This document shows, piece by piece, positions 16,305 to 25,015 of a stretch of DNA of 64,000 nucleotides. The DNA is from an uncultured Synergistaceae bacterium. Lineage in GTDB: Bacteria > Synergistota > Synergistia > Synergistales > Synergistaceae. Location of the stretch: NCBI GenBank assembly GCA_964577295.1, contig CAZNYN010000006.1, forward strand, positions 2,790 to 66,789. The letters run 5' to 3'. A model generated the notes under the pieces. The model saw only the letters and a program-made list of their open reading frames with translations, was not told where the DNA came from and ran no database searches. The position numbers were made by a program, and so were the translations under genes. How positions within the stretch are numbered: position 1 is the stretch's first letter; every line of letters begins with the position of its first letter.

Positions 16305-19130
16305 TTACTTCGTTTCTTTCAGCCCCGCAAGAATCTTTTCGGGTTTGGCCGGTATGGATGTTATGCGCACGCCGCAAGCGTCATGTATCGCATTGCAGAC
16401 TGCAACGTGAGGTGCGGAAAGCGGCATTTCACCCGTTCCCGAAGCACCGAACGGCCCGAGGGGACGCGGTGTCTCGACATGGATAAGCTTTATGTCATCG
16501 GGAATATCCTTAATGTAGGGGAAGCCCATTGTCACAAAGTTGTTGTACTTGCTTTCGTCAAGGAAGTCCTCTGTAAGAGCGAGGCCTATTCCCTGAGCGA
16601 CTCCGCCTATCTGCTGTCCGTCAACTACAAGGTAGTTGTTTATGACGCCCACATCTCCCACGAGCACGAACTTCTCGCAGTGAGCCTTGCCTGTTTCAAG
16701 GTTTACGGAGACCATGGCAAGGTTGACTGCGAACATGTGGAAGCCGAAAGGCTTTCCAAGTCCTGTGTCTTTGTCATTGCCCGAGCAGACTTCCGTGCTG
16801 CCGTCGGCATTCTGAACCATCGCTTGCGTATAGCCTTCGTAGAATGTCGGAATTCCTTCCGCTGTCATTTCATCGTATGTACGGTATGTGCCGTCTTCTT
16901 TGCGCATGGCATCAAGAAGTTTTTTGCAGCTGTCCACTATGGCGTTTCCAACCATTACCTGTGAACGGCTTGCCGCGGCCGCTCCGCTGTTGGGGGCTTT
17001 AGCCGTGTCGCTCAGCACAAGCTTAATCTGAGAGGGATGAAGCCCAAGCGGTTTTAACGCTTCGTGCGCTGTGCCGACACAGCCTATGTCCGCGCCCTGT
17101 CCGTGGTCTTCCCATGTGTTGTAGATTGTGACGCCCTCTTTTGTAAGCTCGACATTGCTTGCTGCTTCGTCCGCTCCGTCGTCGTTTGAGTTGTAAATGC
17201 TGACTGATACTCCGACTCCGAACTTAAACTTGTCATTGCTCTTCTCCGCCGCTTCTTTCTTCATTTCTTCGTAGTAGGGGCGGGCTTTCTTCATCATCTC
17301 GGGCAGGGGAAATACTTCGGGGGCGTAGCCTGAGGGGAATATTCCCTTGGGATCTGTTGTGAATGGCTTCCACTCAAGGAGGTTCATCTCACGGAAGTCA
17401 AACGGGTCAATGCCGCACTTATTCGCAAGCATGTCCATAGCTGTCTCGCATCCCCAATATGTCTGAGGCGCTCCGTATGCGCGGAAAGCGGCGCTCCAGC
17501 GGTGGTTGCTCCAGCATGTGTAGCCTACTGCTCTCATATTCTCGTAAGCATAGGGTGAGAAGAAGAACTGACCGCCCTTGTTGGTCAGGTCGTTTGCGGA
17601 TTCGCTGTAAGGTCCGTGGTCGACCCAGTATGTTTGGTCGAGGCCTACGAGCTTGCCATTCTTGTCAGCGGCCGCCTTTATGTGCATAAGGAAGGGCGAA
17701 CGCTTTGGTGTACGGACATTGTGCTCCTTCATATTTACTCTCATATAGACCGGACGCTGACATGCTATCAGTGCCAAGGCGAGGTATGGTTCGTTTGTGG
17801 GAGCAACCTTATATCCGAAAGAGGCGCCCATGTTGTTCTGAATAACTCTTATCTTTGAGGGGGCAACTCCGACTCCGCGCGCTATCATCATCTGATGGCG
17901 GTAGACGCAGCAGGACTTTGACGCTATTGTTAGAAGTCCGTTCTCGTCATAGTATGAATATCCGCAGTCTGCTTCAAGCACCATGTGTGGCTGACGTGAG
18001 CTTAAAAGCTCCACATCAATCGAGTATGGTGCGTTTTCAATATCCTCTTTGGGGTCTTTGCCTTTAATGAAGGAACGCTTGTTCCATGCGTTCGGCATTC
18101 CGTCGTAGCCTTCAAATTCGTCATAGACTTTGATTGCGTCGGGAGCCTTCGCCTGGTATATGTCGAGCAGTTCGGGCAGAGCCTCGTAATCAACTTTGAT
18201 TTTCTGCGATGCTGCGCGCGCGTGCTCTTCTGTATCGGCGCAGACAATGGCTATTACCTCGCCCCACTGGCGTATTTTGTCTCCCTCTTCTACCATTATG
18301 CGGCGGTCCCATCCGTCCGTAAGGGCGGAAGCACATCCCACCTGACCTCTGATTCGGTTTGTTCCCTTGTTCGCTTTAGCATCTTTGTATGTTACTACCT
18401 TGAATACACCTTCGCACTTCTCCGCCTCGCTTGTGTCAATCTTGTTGACCTTTGCGTGGCGTACTCCGTCAAGTGAGTACGGATATGCGAATAGGAATTC
18501 TTCGGGAAGCTTCACTCTGTCGTCATCGCCGAAGTCCCATGTTCCGGTTGCCTTATATACTGCATTGGGACGGGGATATTTTGAATTCCACACCGAGTCG
18601 CCCGGCTTGTACATCTTTGCCAAGTCCTCAATCTGCTCCTCGCCGCGCAAAATTGCGGCTGCTTTCATTACAGCGTCGACAATCTGCACATATCCCGTGC
18701 AGCGGCATGCCATCCAGTTCTTTGCAAACCAGTAGCGCGCCTCTTCTCTTGTCGGATTCGGATTTGAGTCAAGCAACGCTTTTGTGCAGACAACAAACCC
18801 CGGGGTGCAGAAACCGCACTGAATGGCTCCCGTAACGATAAAGGCCCACTGAATGGCGTGGATATTGTCGGGAGTTCCTATTCCTTCAACCGTAACTATT
18901 TCCGAAAATTCGGGAACATTCTTCCAGCGTGTGATACAGCCGCGGACAACCTTGCCGTTGAGGATAACATTGCACACTCCGCACTGCCCGCAGTCGCAGC
19001 CGCGTTTTGTGCCTGTCAGCTTAAGCTGGTCTCTTATTACGGTAAGGAGCGTTGTTTCGGGCTTGCCTATTACCCTGCGCGGCACCCCGTTGATTGTGAT
19101 ATTTTTTACATGGTACATTGATTCTGCCAT
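16305..19130 (-). CDS. Mop-type aldehyde oxidoreductase (N-terminal two [2Fe-2S] domains fused to a molybdopterin-binding xanthine-dehydrogenase-family domain, no FAD domain)
   Basis: Collinear by eye with my recollection of Desulfovibrio gigas MOP (about 907 aa): GCDCGQCGVCNV, CGFCTPGF, CRCTGY, WEDHGQGADIGCVGTAHEAL, GPFGASGTGE. The start at the MAESMY ATG is preceded by AAAGGGG. Confidence 0.85.
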   Translation of the reverse strand: MAESMYHVKNITINGVPRRVIGKPETTLLTVIRDQLKLTGTKRGCDCGQCGVCNVILNGKVVRGCITRWKNVPEFSEIVTVEGIGTPDNIHAIQWAFIVTGAIQCGFCTPGFVVCTKALLDSNPNPTREEARYWFAKNWMACRCTGYVQIVDAVMKAAAILRGEEQIEDLAKMYKPGDSVWNSKYPRPNAVYKATGTWDFGDDDRVKLPEEFLFAYPYSLDGVRHAKVNKIDTSEAEKCEGVFKVVTYKDAKANKGTNRIRGQVGCASALTDGWDRRIMVEEGDKIRQWGEVIAIVCADTEEHARAASQKIKVDYEALPELLDIYQAKAPDAIKVYDEFEGYDGMPNAWNKRSFIKGKDPKEDIENAPYSIDVELLSSRQPHMVLEADCGYSYYDENGLLTIASKSCCVYRHQMMIARGVGVAPSKIRVIQNNMGASFGYKVAPTNEPYLALALIACQRPVYMRVNMKEHNVRTPKRSPFLMHIKAAADKNGKLVGLDQTYWVDHGPYSESANDLTNKGGQFFFSPYAYENMRAVGYTCWSNHRWSAAFRAYGAPQTYWGCETAMDMLANKCGIDPFDFREMNLLEWKPFTTDPKGIFPSGYAPEVFPLPEMMKKARPYYEEMKKEAAEKSNDKFKFGVGVSVSIYNSNDDGADEAASNVELTKEGVTIYNTWEDHGQGADIGCVGTAHEALKPLGLHPSQIKLVLSDTAKAPNSGAAAASRSQVMVGNAIVDSCKKLLDAMRKEDGTYRTYDEMTAEGIPTFYEGYTQAMVQNADGSTEVCSGNDKDTGLGKPFGFHMFAVNLAMVSVNLETGKAHCEKFVLVGDVGVINNYLVVDGQQIGGVAQGIGLALTEDFLDESKYNNFVTMGFPYIKDIPDDIKLIHVETPRPLGPFGASGTGEMPLSAPHVAVCNAIHDACGVRITSIPAKPEKILAGLKETK

Positions 19131-19257
19131 TACAAAACATCCCCTTTCTCTTCTCGTCATCATGATGACAGCAATACCGCTCCCCTGTCTTGGATTCCGG
19201 ATTCAGCGAAAAGGAAAGATACAGAGCTACACTCGCACAACTGCGGCATAATCCTGT

Positions 19258-19391
19258 CCCCTTTCCAAGCTGAGCACTGTGAGTGCTCCGGGAGGTTTTC
19301 GCGTTTCCGCGAAAGCCCTTGCAGCTTCGAATGTGGCTCGAAACTGACAGGTCCTGTGCCTTAGAATCATCCTTAGGCTGCAGACTCGGGG
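19258..19391 (-). ncRNA. Moco (molybdenum/tungsten cofactor) riboswitch candidate in the 5' leader of the Mo-oxidoreductase gene
   Basis: The minus strand reads CCCCGAG...[hairpins CAGTTTCGA/TCGAAGCTG and TTTCGCG-GAAA-CGCGAAA]...ACCUCCC-[GAGCAC/GUGCUC hairpin]-AGC-UU-GGAAAGGGG. This matches the remembered Moco-motif core (CCGAG ... CCUCC ... AGC..GGAAAGG closed by P1). It is about 134 nt long and upstream of a Moco enzyme. Confidence 0.6.
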
Positions 19392-19433
19392 TTTTGCAAC
19401 TAAGTTGCAAATTGTAGTAAATTTTCTATACAA

Positions 19434-19462
19434 ATCATACATTTTACAGAGTGGCACATCAA
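19434..19462 (-). promoter_or_regulatory. Putative promoter for the riboswitch leader
   Basis: Minus strand: TTGATG, a 17-nt spacer, then TATGAT. It lies about 40 nt upstream of the aptamer. Confidence 0.35.
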
Positions 19463-19536
19463 GTTATTGCTCATATATAGAAGATAAAGTTCCCTTTTGT
19501 CACAGATATACACAGTAAAGTTTTTATTTTATCTTC

Positions 19537-19578
19537 AAAAAAAATAACCTCTTGTGAGTCCGTTTATCTCACAAGAGG
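19537..19578 (-). terminator. Intrinsic terminator of the threonine dehydratase gene
   Basis: Perfect 11-bp stem CCTCTTGTGAG / CTCACAAGAGG with a 9-nt loop, followed on the minus strand by TTATTTTTTTT. Confidence 0.8.
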
Positions 19579-19612
19579 CTGCGTACAAATTTTATAAAGT
19601 ATATATGTTAAT

Positions 19613-20860
19613 TTAATATATTCTGTTCACTGTAAAGTTGTTATCCTCAAGTTCTTCGATAACACGCTTAATGTGCTCATGTCCGTTTGTCTCGACAGTG
19701 ACTTCAAGCACCACTTTGTTTGAATACCTGTCTATGGCCTTGAACTGGTTGTGCTGAAGCTCTATGACATTTGCCATACTGCCTGCCAAAATCTGAGCTA
19801 CCTTCACAAGCTGCCCCGGTTTGTCAGGCAGTTCCACACTGAAACACATAATCCTTCCTCTGCTTATAAGCCCCTGATTTATTATTGACGATATAGTGAC
19901 AACATCGATGTTGCCTCCGCTCATAAGACAGACAATTTTTTTACCCTTGGCCGCGCGTTTCTTAACGCCGGCAAGAGGCACAACTCCCGCTGTTTCGGCT
20001 ATAAGCTTGTGTTTTTCGAGAACGACAAGCACCGCGTCCATAATATCCTTCTCTGTGACAGTGATAATCTCATCCACATACTTTCGGGTAAGGGCATAAG
20101 TCAGGTCTCCCGGCTGGCGCACGGCAACTCCTTCGGCGCTCGTCTTTATAGAGGAGAGCCTTGTTATGCACTTTTCGTCAAGAGATATCTTCATTGCCAT
20201 AGCTCCTATCGGTGAAACTCCTATGACTTTAATATCGGGGCGTACAGACTTCACAGCCATAGCTATGCCGCTTATAAGCCCTCCTCCGCCGATAGGAACA
20301 AGTATCTCGTCCACATCTTCAAGCTCGCTGAGTATCTCAAGTCCGATTGTTCCCTGTCCGCAAATGACATCATAATCGTCAAAGGGATGGACAAAAGTAT
20401 AATTGTTCTCGGCAGCAAGTTCCTGCGCCTTCAAATAAGCGTCATCATAGACATCTCCGTGAATAACGACATCCGCACCGTAAGCCTTAGTCGCATTAAC
20501 CTTCAGAAGGGGGGTAACATTGGGCATCACGATAGTAGCCTTTATGCCGCGTCTCTGAGCGGAGAAAGCGACACCTTGTGCATGATTTCCCGCAGAAGAA
20601 CAGATAACTCCCTTTGCGGCCTCCTCGTCGCTCAGATTGAAAATCTTATTGTACGCACCCCTGATTTTAAAAGAGCCTGTAACCTGCAAATTTTCCGGCT
20701 TTATGTAGATATCACAGCCATACTCATTGCTGTAAAAATCACTGCGTATAAGCGAAGTCTGTTTAATGACACCGCTTAAATTATCCAGAGCACTTCGGAC
20801 GTTCTTATAATTTTCTTCATCTGTGAGAGAAATATACTTCCTGACAGTTTCCTCATTCAT
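19613..20860 (-). CDS. ilvA: Threonine ammonia-lyase (threonine dehydratase) with C-terminal ACT-like regulatory domain
   Basis: PLP-lysine motif GSFKIRGAYNK and glycine loop GGGGLISG; 415 aa. Confidence 0.8.
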   Translation of the reverse strand: MNEETVRKYISLTDEENYKNVRSALDNLSGVIKQTSLIRSDFYSNEYGCDIYIKPENLQVTGSFKIRGAYNKIFNLSDEEAAKGVICSSAGNHAQGVAFSAQRRGIKATIVMPNVTPLLKVNATKAYGADVVIHGDVYDDAYLKAQELAAENNYTFVHPFDDYDVICGQGTIGLEILSELEDVDEILVPIGGGGLISGIAMAVKSVRPDIKVIGVSPIGAMAMKISLDEKCITRLSSIKTSAEGVAVRQPGDLTYALTRKYVDEIITVTEKDIMDAVLVVLEKHKLIAETAGVVPLAGVKKRAAKGKKIVCLMSGGNIDVVTISSIINQGLISRGRIMCFSVELPDKPGQLVKVAQILAGSMANVIELQHNQFKAIDRYSNKVVLEVTVETNGHEHIKRVIEELEDNNFTVNRIY

Positions 20861-21142
20861 AAAAACAGCCCTCCCTTAATATAAATATAGTATCAGACAA
20901 GGTTAGACACCAATTCTTATCCGCCGTAAAGCAGAACGAATGATATAGTATAGCGCGTTAAAGACATATAAGTAAGATGCCTTTTTCTTCTACTTTCCTG
21001 GAATATCTCCAAATATGCATTATGCACAAAGCAGGGCAAAGCGATCGGAAGTGTTTTGTGCTCTACTTACAGTGACACTCATTGAATAAATCGGTAATAT
21101 GTACATGCTTTATATCCGTTTCTCAGATAAGGAGAAAAAATC

Positions 21143-23029
21143 ATGACTTCAGCTTTTACACTCGGTATTGATGTCGGGGGCACAAACACAGATGCTGCTT
21201 TGTTTGATGTGACCTTACAATCTGTAATATCTTCCGCAAAGACAAGAACTTTGCACTGCGACTATAAAAAATCTATAGACAAAGTTCTGTCTATTCTCTT
21301 GGAAAACAATAAAAATATCTGTGAGAACATATTATCGTGCAATGTATCAACCACACTGTCTACAAATGCGATACTGGAACATAAAGGTTCTCCCGTAAAT
21401 ATGGTATTGATAGGATTTGAAAAATATCCTCACATTACAGAAGATATAAAAAAAATCATATCTCCGAAATCAATACTATATATCAAAGGAGGGCATACAT
21501 CGTGGGGGCGCGAAAGAGAAAGTCTTGATCTGCGCGCCTTGGAAGCTTTTGCTTTGGCACACAGGGGAGAGCTCTTTGCCGTATCGGCCATGTATTCGCC
21601 GCGAAACCCGGAACACGAAATTGCCGCTAAAAACATGCTTGAAGAAATTGGGGCTCACTCTGTCACATGCGGTTATGAACTTGCCCATGCGAAGCTCAAT
21701 TCCGTGAAAAGAAGCGTTACCGCCTACCTTAACGCATCTTTAATTCCTATTACGGAAAGGCTGATAGAGGACACTGCATCAGCGGTAAGAAATCACGGAG
21801 TAACATCTTCCATTATGTTTATAAGAAGCGACGGTTCTCTCGTATCTTCCGATTGGTGCAGGCAATTCCCGATAGAGACCATATTTTCAGGCCCTGCCGC
21901 AAGCATAAAGGGTGCGGCGCGTCTTGCAGACAGTCACAGTACTGCATCCATGACAGTCATAGACATGGGAGGCACTTCTACCGATTTCGGAACCATCATA
22001 AATGGAAAAACCGTGTTCTCGGACAAAGGCGCTTCAATAGCTTCATACAACACTATGATACCGTCGCTTGAGATACAATCTATAGCACTCGGCGGAGACA
22101 GTATGGTACAAATTGACTCACTCGGGCTCATCTCTGTAGGGCCGGAGCGTGTCTTGCCTATATGCAGGCTTTGCGAAGACAATTTGTACAGTCCCGGCTT
22201 GGTAGAAGAGAGAATCAGAAAAATTGAAGAAAATTATTGTGAGCTTATGTTTGTGGTTCCGTCTCTGTCGGCTGAGCCAAAGTCTGAAACAGACAAAGAT
22301 ATATACGAGAAAGCTCTTAAATACCCCCACACAAAAAACGAGCTCGTTGAATATATTACATTTGCTCATCCGGAAATTTTATCCGCAGAAAGTCACGTTA
22401 AAGAGCTCTTAATGAGTAACCTTCTGACTATATCTTCATGCACCCCTACGGATTCTCTGAATGTAATCGGAGTGACGAAGGTGGGCGGTCCCGACCTGTC
22501 AAAGACGGCCCTGAGCGTTTGGGCAGCACGTCTTAATACATCACCTCATGATTTAGCAGAGATTATCAACTTAAAAACATGTGAATCGCTGAATGCGGAA
22601 TTTGTAAAAATTAATAAAAAGCATAAAACGGAAATGTCGGTGTACGTCGGAAATCCTTCAAGGCACTTCGTACCTAGGGAACCTATATCAGGAGAAATTC
22701 TTATACCGCGTGACGGCGGTGTTGCGGGAGCTATTGGGGCCGCGGTAAGTTCTCTTGAGCTTGAATGCACCATATTAGCGGCTCACTCCTTCAGTAATGA
22801 GACATACACAGCATTTCTTCCCGATTCTGCTGTTGCTGATGAGAGTCTGGATAAGTGCCTGGAAATGGCTGAAGCAAAAATTATTCCTTACCTGCAAAGT
22901 CAGGCAAAAAAAATGGGCGCCGATAAAATAACTGTTTCCATAAGAAAAGAGTTCACATATATCGGCAAAAATAACGAAAAGGATCATATATTGAGTGTGC
23001 TTCTTATTTGCTCCGCAAAATCATACTGA
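21143..23029 (+). CDS. Hydantoinase-A/oxoprolinase-family ASKHA ATPase-like protein (no HyuB partner)
   Basis: Two ASKHA phosphate-binding motifs, LGIDVGGTNTDAAL (N-terminus) and MTVIDMGGTSTDFG; 628 aa; AAGGAGAAAA RBS. Confidence 0.7.
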   Translation: MTSAFTLGIDVGGTNTDAALFDVTLQSVISSAKTRTLHCDYKKSIDKVLSILLENNKNICENILSCNVSTTLSTNAILEHKGSPVNMVLIGFEKYPHITEDIKKIISPKSILYIKGGHTSWGRERESLDLRALEAFALAHRGELFAVSAMYSPRNPEHEIAAKNMLEEIGAHSVTCGYELAHAKLNSVKRSVTAYLNASLIPITERLIEDTASAVRNHGVTSSIMFIRSDGSLVSSDWCRQFPIETIFSGPAASIKGAARLADSHSTASMTVIDMGGTSTDFGTIINGKTVFSDKGASIASYNTMIPSLEIQSIALGGDSMVQIDSLGLISVGPERVLPICRLCEDNLYSPGLVEERIRKIEENYCELMFVVPSLSAEPKSETDKDIYEKALKYPHTKNELVEYITFAHPEILSAESHVKELLMSNLLTISSCTPTDSLNVIGVTKVGGPDLSKTALSVWAARLNTSPHDLAEIINLKTCESLNAEFVKINKKHKTEMSVYVGNPSRHFVPREPISGEILIPRDGGVAGAIGAAVSSLELECTILAAHSFSNETYTAFLPDSAVADESLDKCLEMAEAKIIPYLQSQAKKMGADKITVSIRKEFTYIGKNNEKDHILSVLLICSAKSY

Positions 23030-23208
23030 TACGCAGCTTCGCGCCCTTTATGCATATTGCATAAAAAATCACCCTGTAAACAAAATTTTTTATATATTGC
23101 AAACAATGACTATTCTATATTTTTAAACTATTATCTTAGCAAATAGTAAGAAGATACAAAAAAGAACAAAACTATATTCAGCATTGCCATTCATCGGAGG
23201 CGTTAAAG

Positions 23209-24978
23209 ATGGAACACATTTTAAGAGACAAAATTACGGAGATTCTCCGCGGCGCAAGCCTGCCAAAGATGGCTGATGTGCTCAATGAGTCGAATGATAT
23301 AGCAAAGTCTATCACGATAACCCCTTCGTCTTTTATGAAAAAATATGATGTCACTTCAGAACTTGAATACAAAAAGAGGTGCGTAAAAGAAGGACGCATA
23401 ATGTACCACGCCCACATCGGCATGAACACGTGGCAGGAAACAGCCTGCGCCTTAAATGAAGTATACAAATTTGCCGAAGCAAATTCTTTCCGCCTCGACC
23501 GAGCGGGAATATGTCTGGACAGAAGAATGTCCTTGCCTCTCAGCATGAGAAAGTCTGTCCCTCAGGAGAGCGGCCCATACCTTGAAACAGAAGCGGATTG
23601 GATGCAGGTCGGGCAGAGTGCCCCGATACAGCCCCACATGGGAGACTTTATCATCGGATTTCCAGCATCGACAGAAAATGCTGTCTCCGCACTGAGAGCC
23701 GGGGTTACAACAGTAGGAAATCTTTCCCAGTTCTTTGCTCACGAGGCGCCTATGTGGAAAAGAAGAGATATAACTACAGTGGAAACAGTTAGAGCCATAG
23801 GCATTATGGGTTGTCTGCGCGACAAAGGAACCTTAATGCATTCATACCTTGACGACGGTTTTGGTGCTTTATTCCTGGACTGCAGTACAAGTGCCGCATG
23901 GGCTTACATGGAAAAATATATCGTCGAAAATCTGTTGGGAGCAAAACTGGCACACTGTGTCGGCGGTCTCGTCTCGGATCCGATCAAACGCTCCGGCTGG
24001 ATTTTCGCTCTTGACGAAATACACGAGCATGACTGCGTTGGTTCAATGTTCTACGGAGATACGATATCATCGGATATGAACCCTGAGAAAAATAGAGCTC
24101 TTACTGCAGAATACCTTATGTGGGACATAATGACACAGATAGAGTGCCCAACGGGGCACGCCCTTCTCCCGGTGCCTTTTACGGAAGCACAGAGAGCTCC
24201 TTCCCTTGACGAAATATGCGAAGTGCAGCTATGGGGACGAGAAATAGAAAAAATCGCAAGAAGGATGCACCCGCACTTTGATTTTACTGAGCCCAGAAAA
24301 TTTGCTTCCTTAATCTGCGCCAGGGGCAAAGAAGTTTTCAATAAAGCGATTGAATATTTTGCAGACTGTGGAGTAAATACCAAAGATGCCGTTGAAATGC
24401 TCTATCTTCTTAAGTGCATAGGGCCCAGAGCCTTTGAGGACGCTTTCAATCCTTCTGCAAAAGACGAAATCAGTACCAATAAAGAAACAAAGCCAATTCC
24501 GAATGATATTTTTACAAAGACACTTGATCAAGTGAAAATTTGGGCTCCTTTTTACAAAAGCAAGGAAGTTACAGACAAGCTCTCTGGACGCAGAGTGCTT
24601 ACAGCATCAACAGATGTACACGAACATGGACTGCTTCTTATCAATAAACTGCTGCAGCAGGCGGGATGCCATGTTTCAACAATCGGAGCAGAACGCAACC
24701 CTGATGAGGTCATACTTGAAGCTGCCTCTTCAAGTGCGGAGGCCGTATTCATAAGCACCCATAACGGAATGGCTCTTGAGTATGCACGAAATCTCATTGA
24801 TGAGATGGAAGAGCAGAACTTTAATGTCCCTGTCTGCATGGGCGGCGTTCTAAACCAGAACACCGAAGAAGGGACAGTGCCCGTTGATGTAAGTTCACTT
24901 CTTGAAGATATGGGCATAGCCATTGTAACAGATTTATCTATGCTGCCAGAACGCGCGGCAAAATTGTTTTCACACTGA
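23209..24978 (+). CDS. Cobalamin-dependent mutase-like enzyme (about 450-aa catalytic region fused to a C-terminal B12-binding domain)
   Basis: Canonical base-off/His-on signature DVHEHG (24613-24630), then 41 aa, STH, 26 aa, GG. This fits DxHxxG-x41-SxL-x26-28-GG. The N-terminal region loosely resembles my recollection of the glutamate mutase E / 2-methyleneglutarate mutase barrel (by eye only). Confidence 0.65.
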   Translation: MEHILRDKITEILRGASLPKMADVLNESNDIAKSITITPSSFMKKYDVTSELEYKKRCVKEGRIMYHAHIGMNTWQETACALNEVYKFAEANSFRLDRAGICLDRRMSLPLSMRKSVPQESGPYLETEADWMQVGQSAPIQPHMGDFIIGFPASTENAVSALRAGVTTVGNLSQFFAHEAPMWKRRDITTVETVRAIGIMGCLRDKGTLMHSYLDDGFGALFLDCSTSAAWAYMEKYIVENLLGAKLAHCVGGLVSDPIKRSGWIFALDEIHEHDCVGSMFYGDTISSDMNPEKNRALTAEYLMWDIMTQIECPTGHALLPVPFTEAQRAPSLDEICEVQLWGREIEKIARRMHPHFDFTEPRKFASLICARGKEVFNKAIEYFADCGVNTKDAVEMLYLLKCIGPRAFEDAFNPSAKDEISTNKETKPIPNDIFTKTLDQVKIWAPFYKSKEVTDKLSGRRVLTASTDVHEHGLLLINKLLQQAGCHVSTIGAERNPDEVILEAASSSAEAVFISTHNGMALEYARNLIDEMEEQNFNVPVCMGGVLNQNTEEGTVPVDVSSLLEDMGIAIVTDLSMLPERAAKLFSH

Positions 24979-25015
24979 TTCTATTAAAATATTAAAAGAG
25001 ACGGAGTGGTAGGTC

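Noticed and set aside
16266-16964. 232-aa plus-strand ORF inside the Mo-oxidoreductase gene. Similar shadow ORFs occur at 18853-19251, 25436-26164, 29691-30446 and 31797-32558.
   Set aside because: All lie antisense to, or out of frame with, genes that have clear family signatures. None has a convincing RBS or a recognisable motif.
19155-19170. Palindrome GTCATCATGATGAC at the track-predicted start (MM...) of the Mo-oxidoreductase ORF.
   Set aside because: It is short, and a hairpin would leave only a minimal loop. The preferred start is ATG 19130, which has its own RBS, so this is probably incidental leader sequence.
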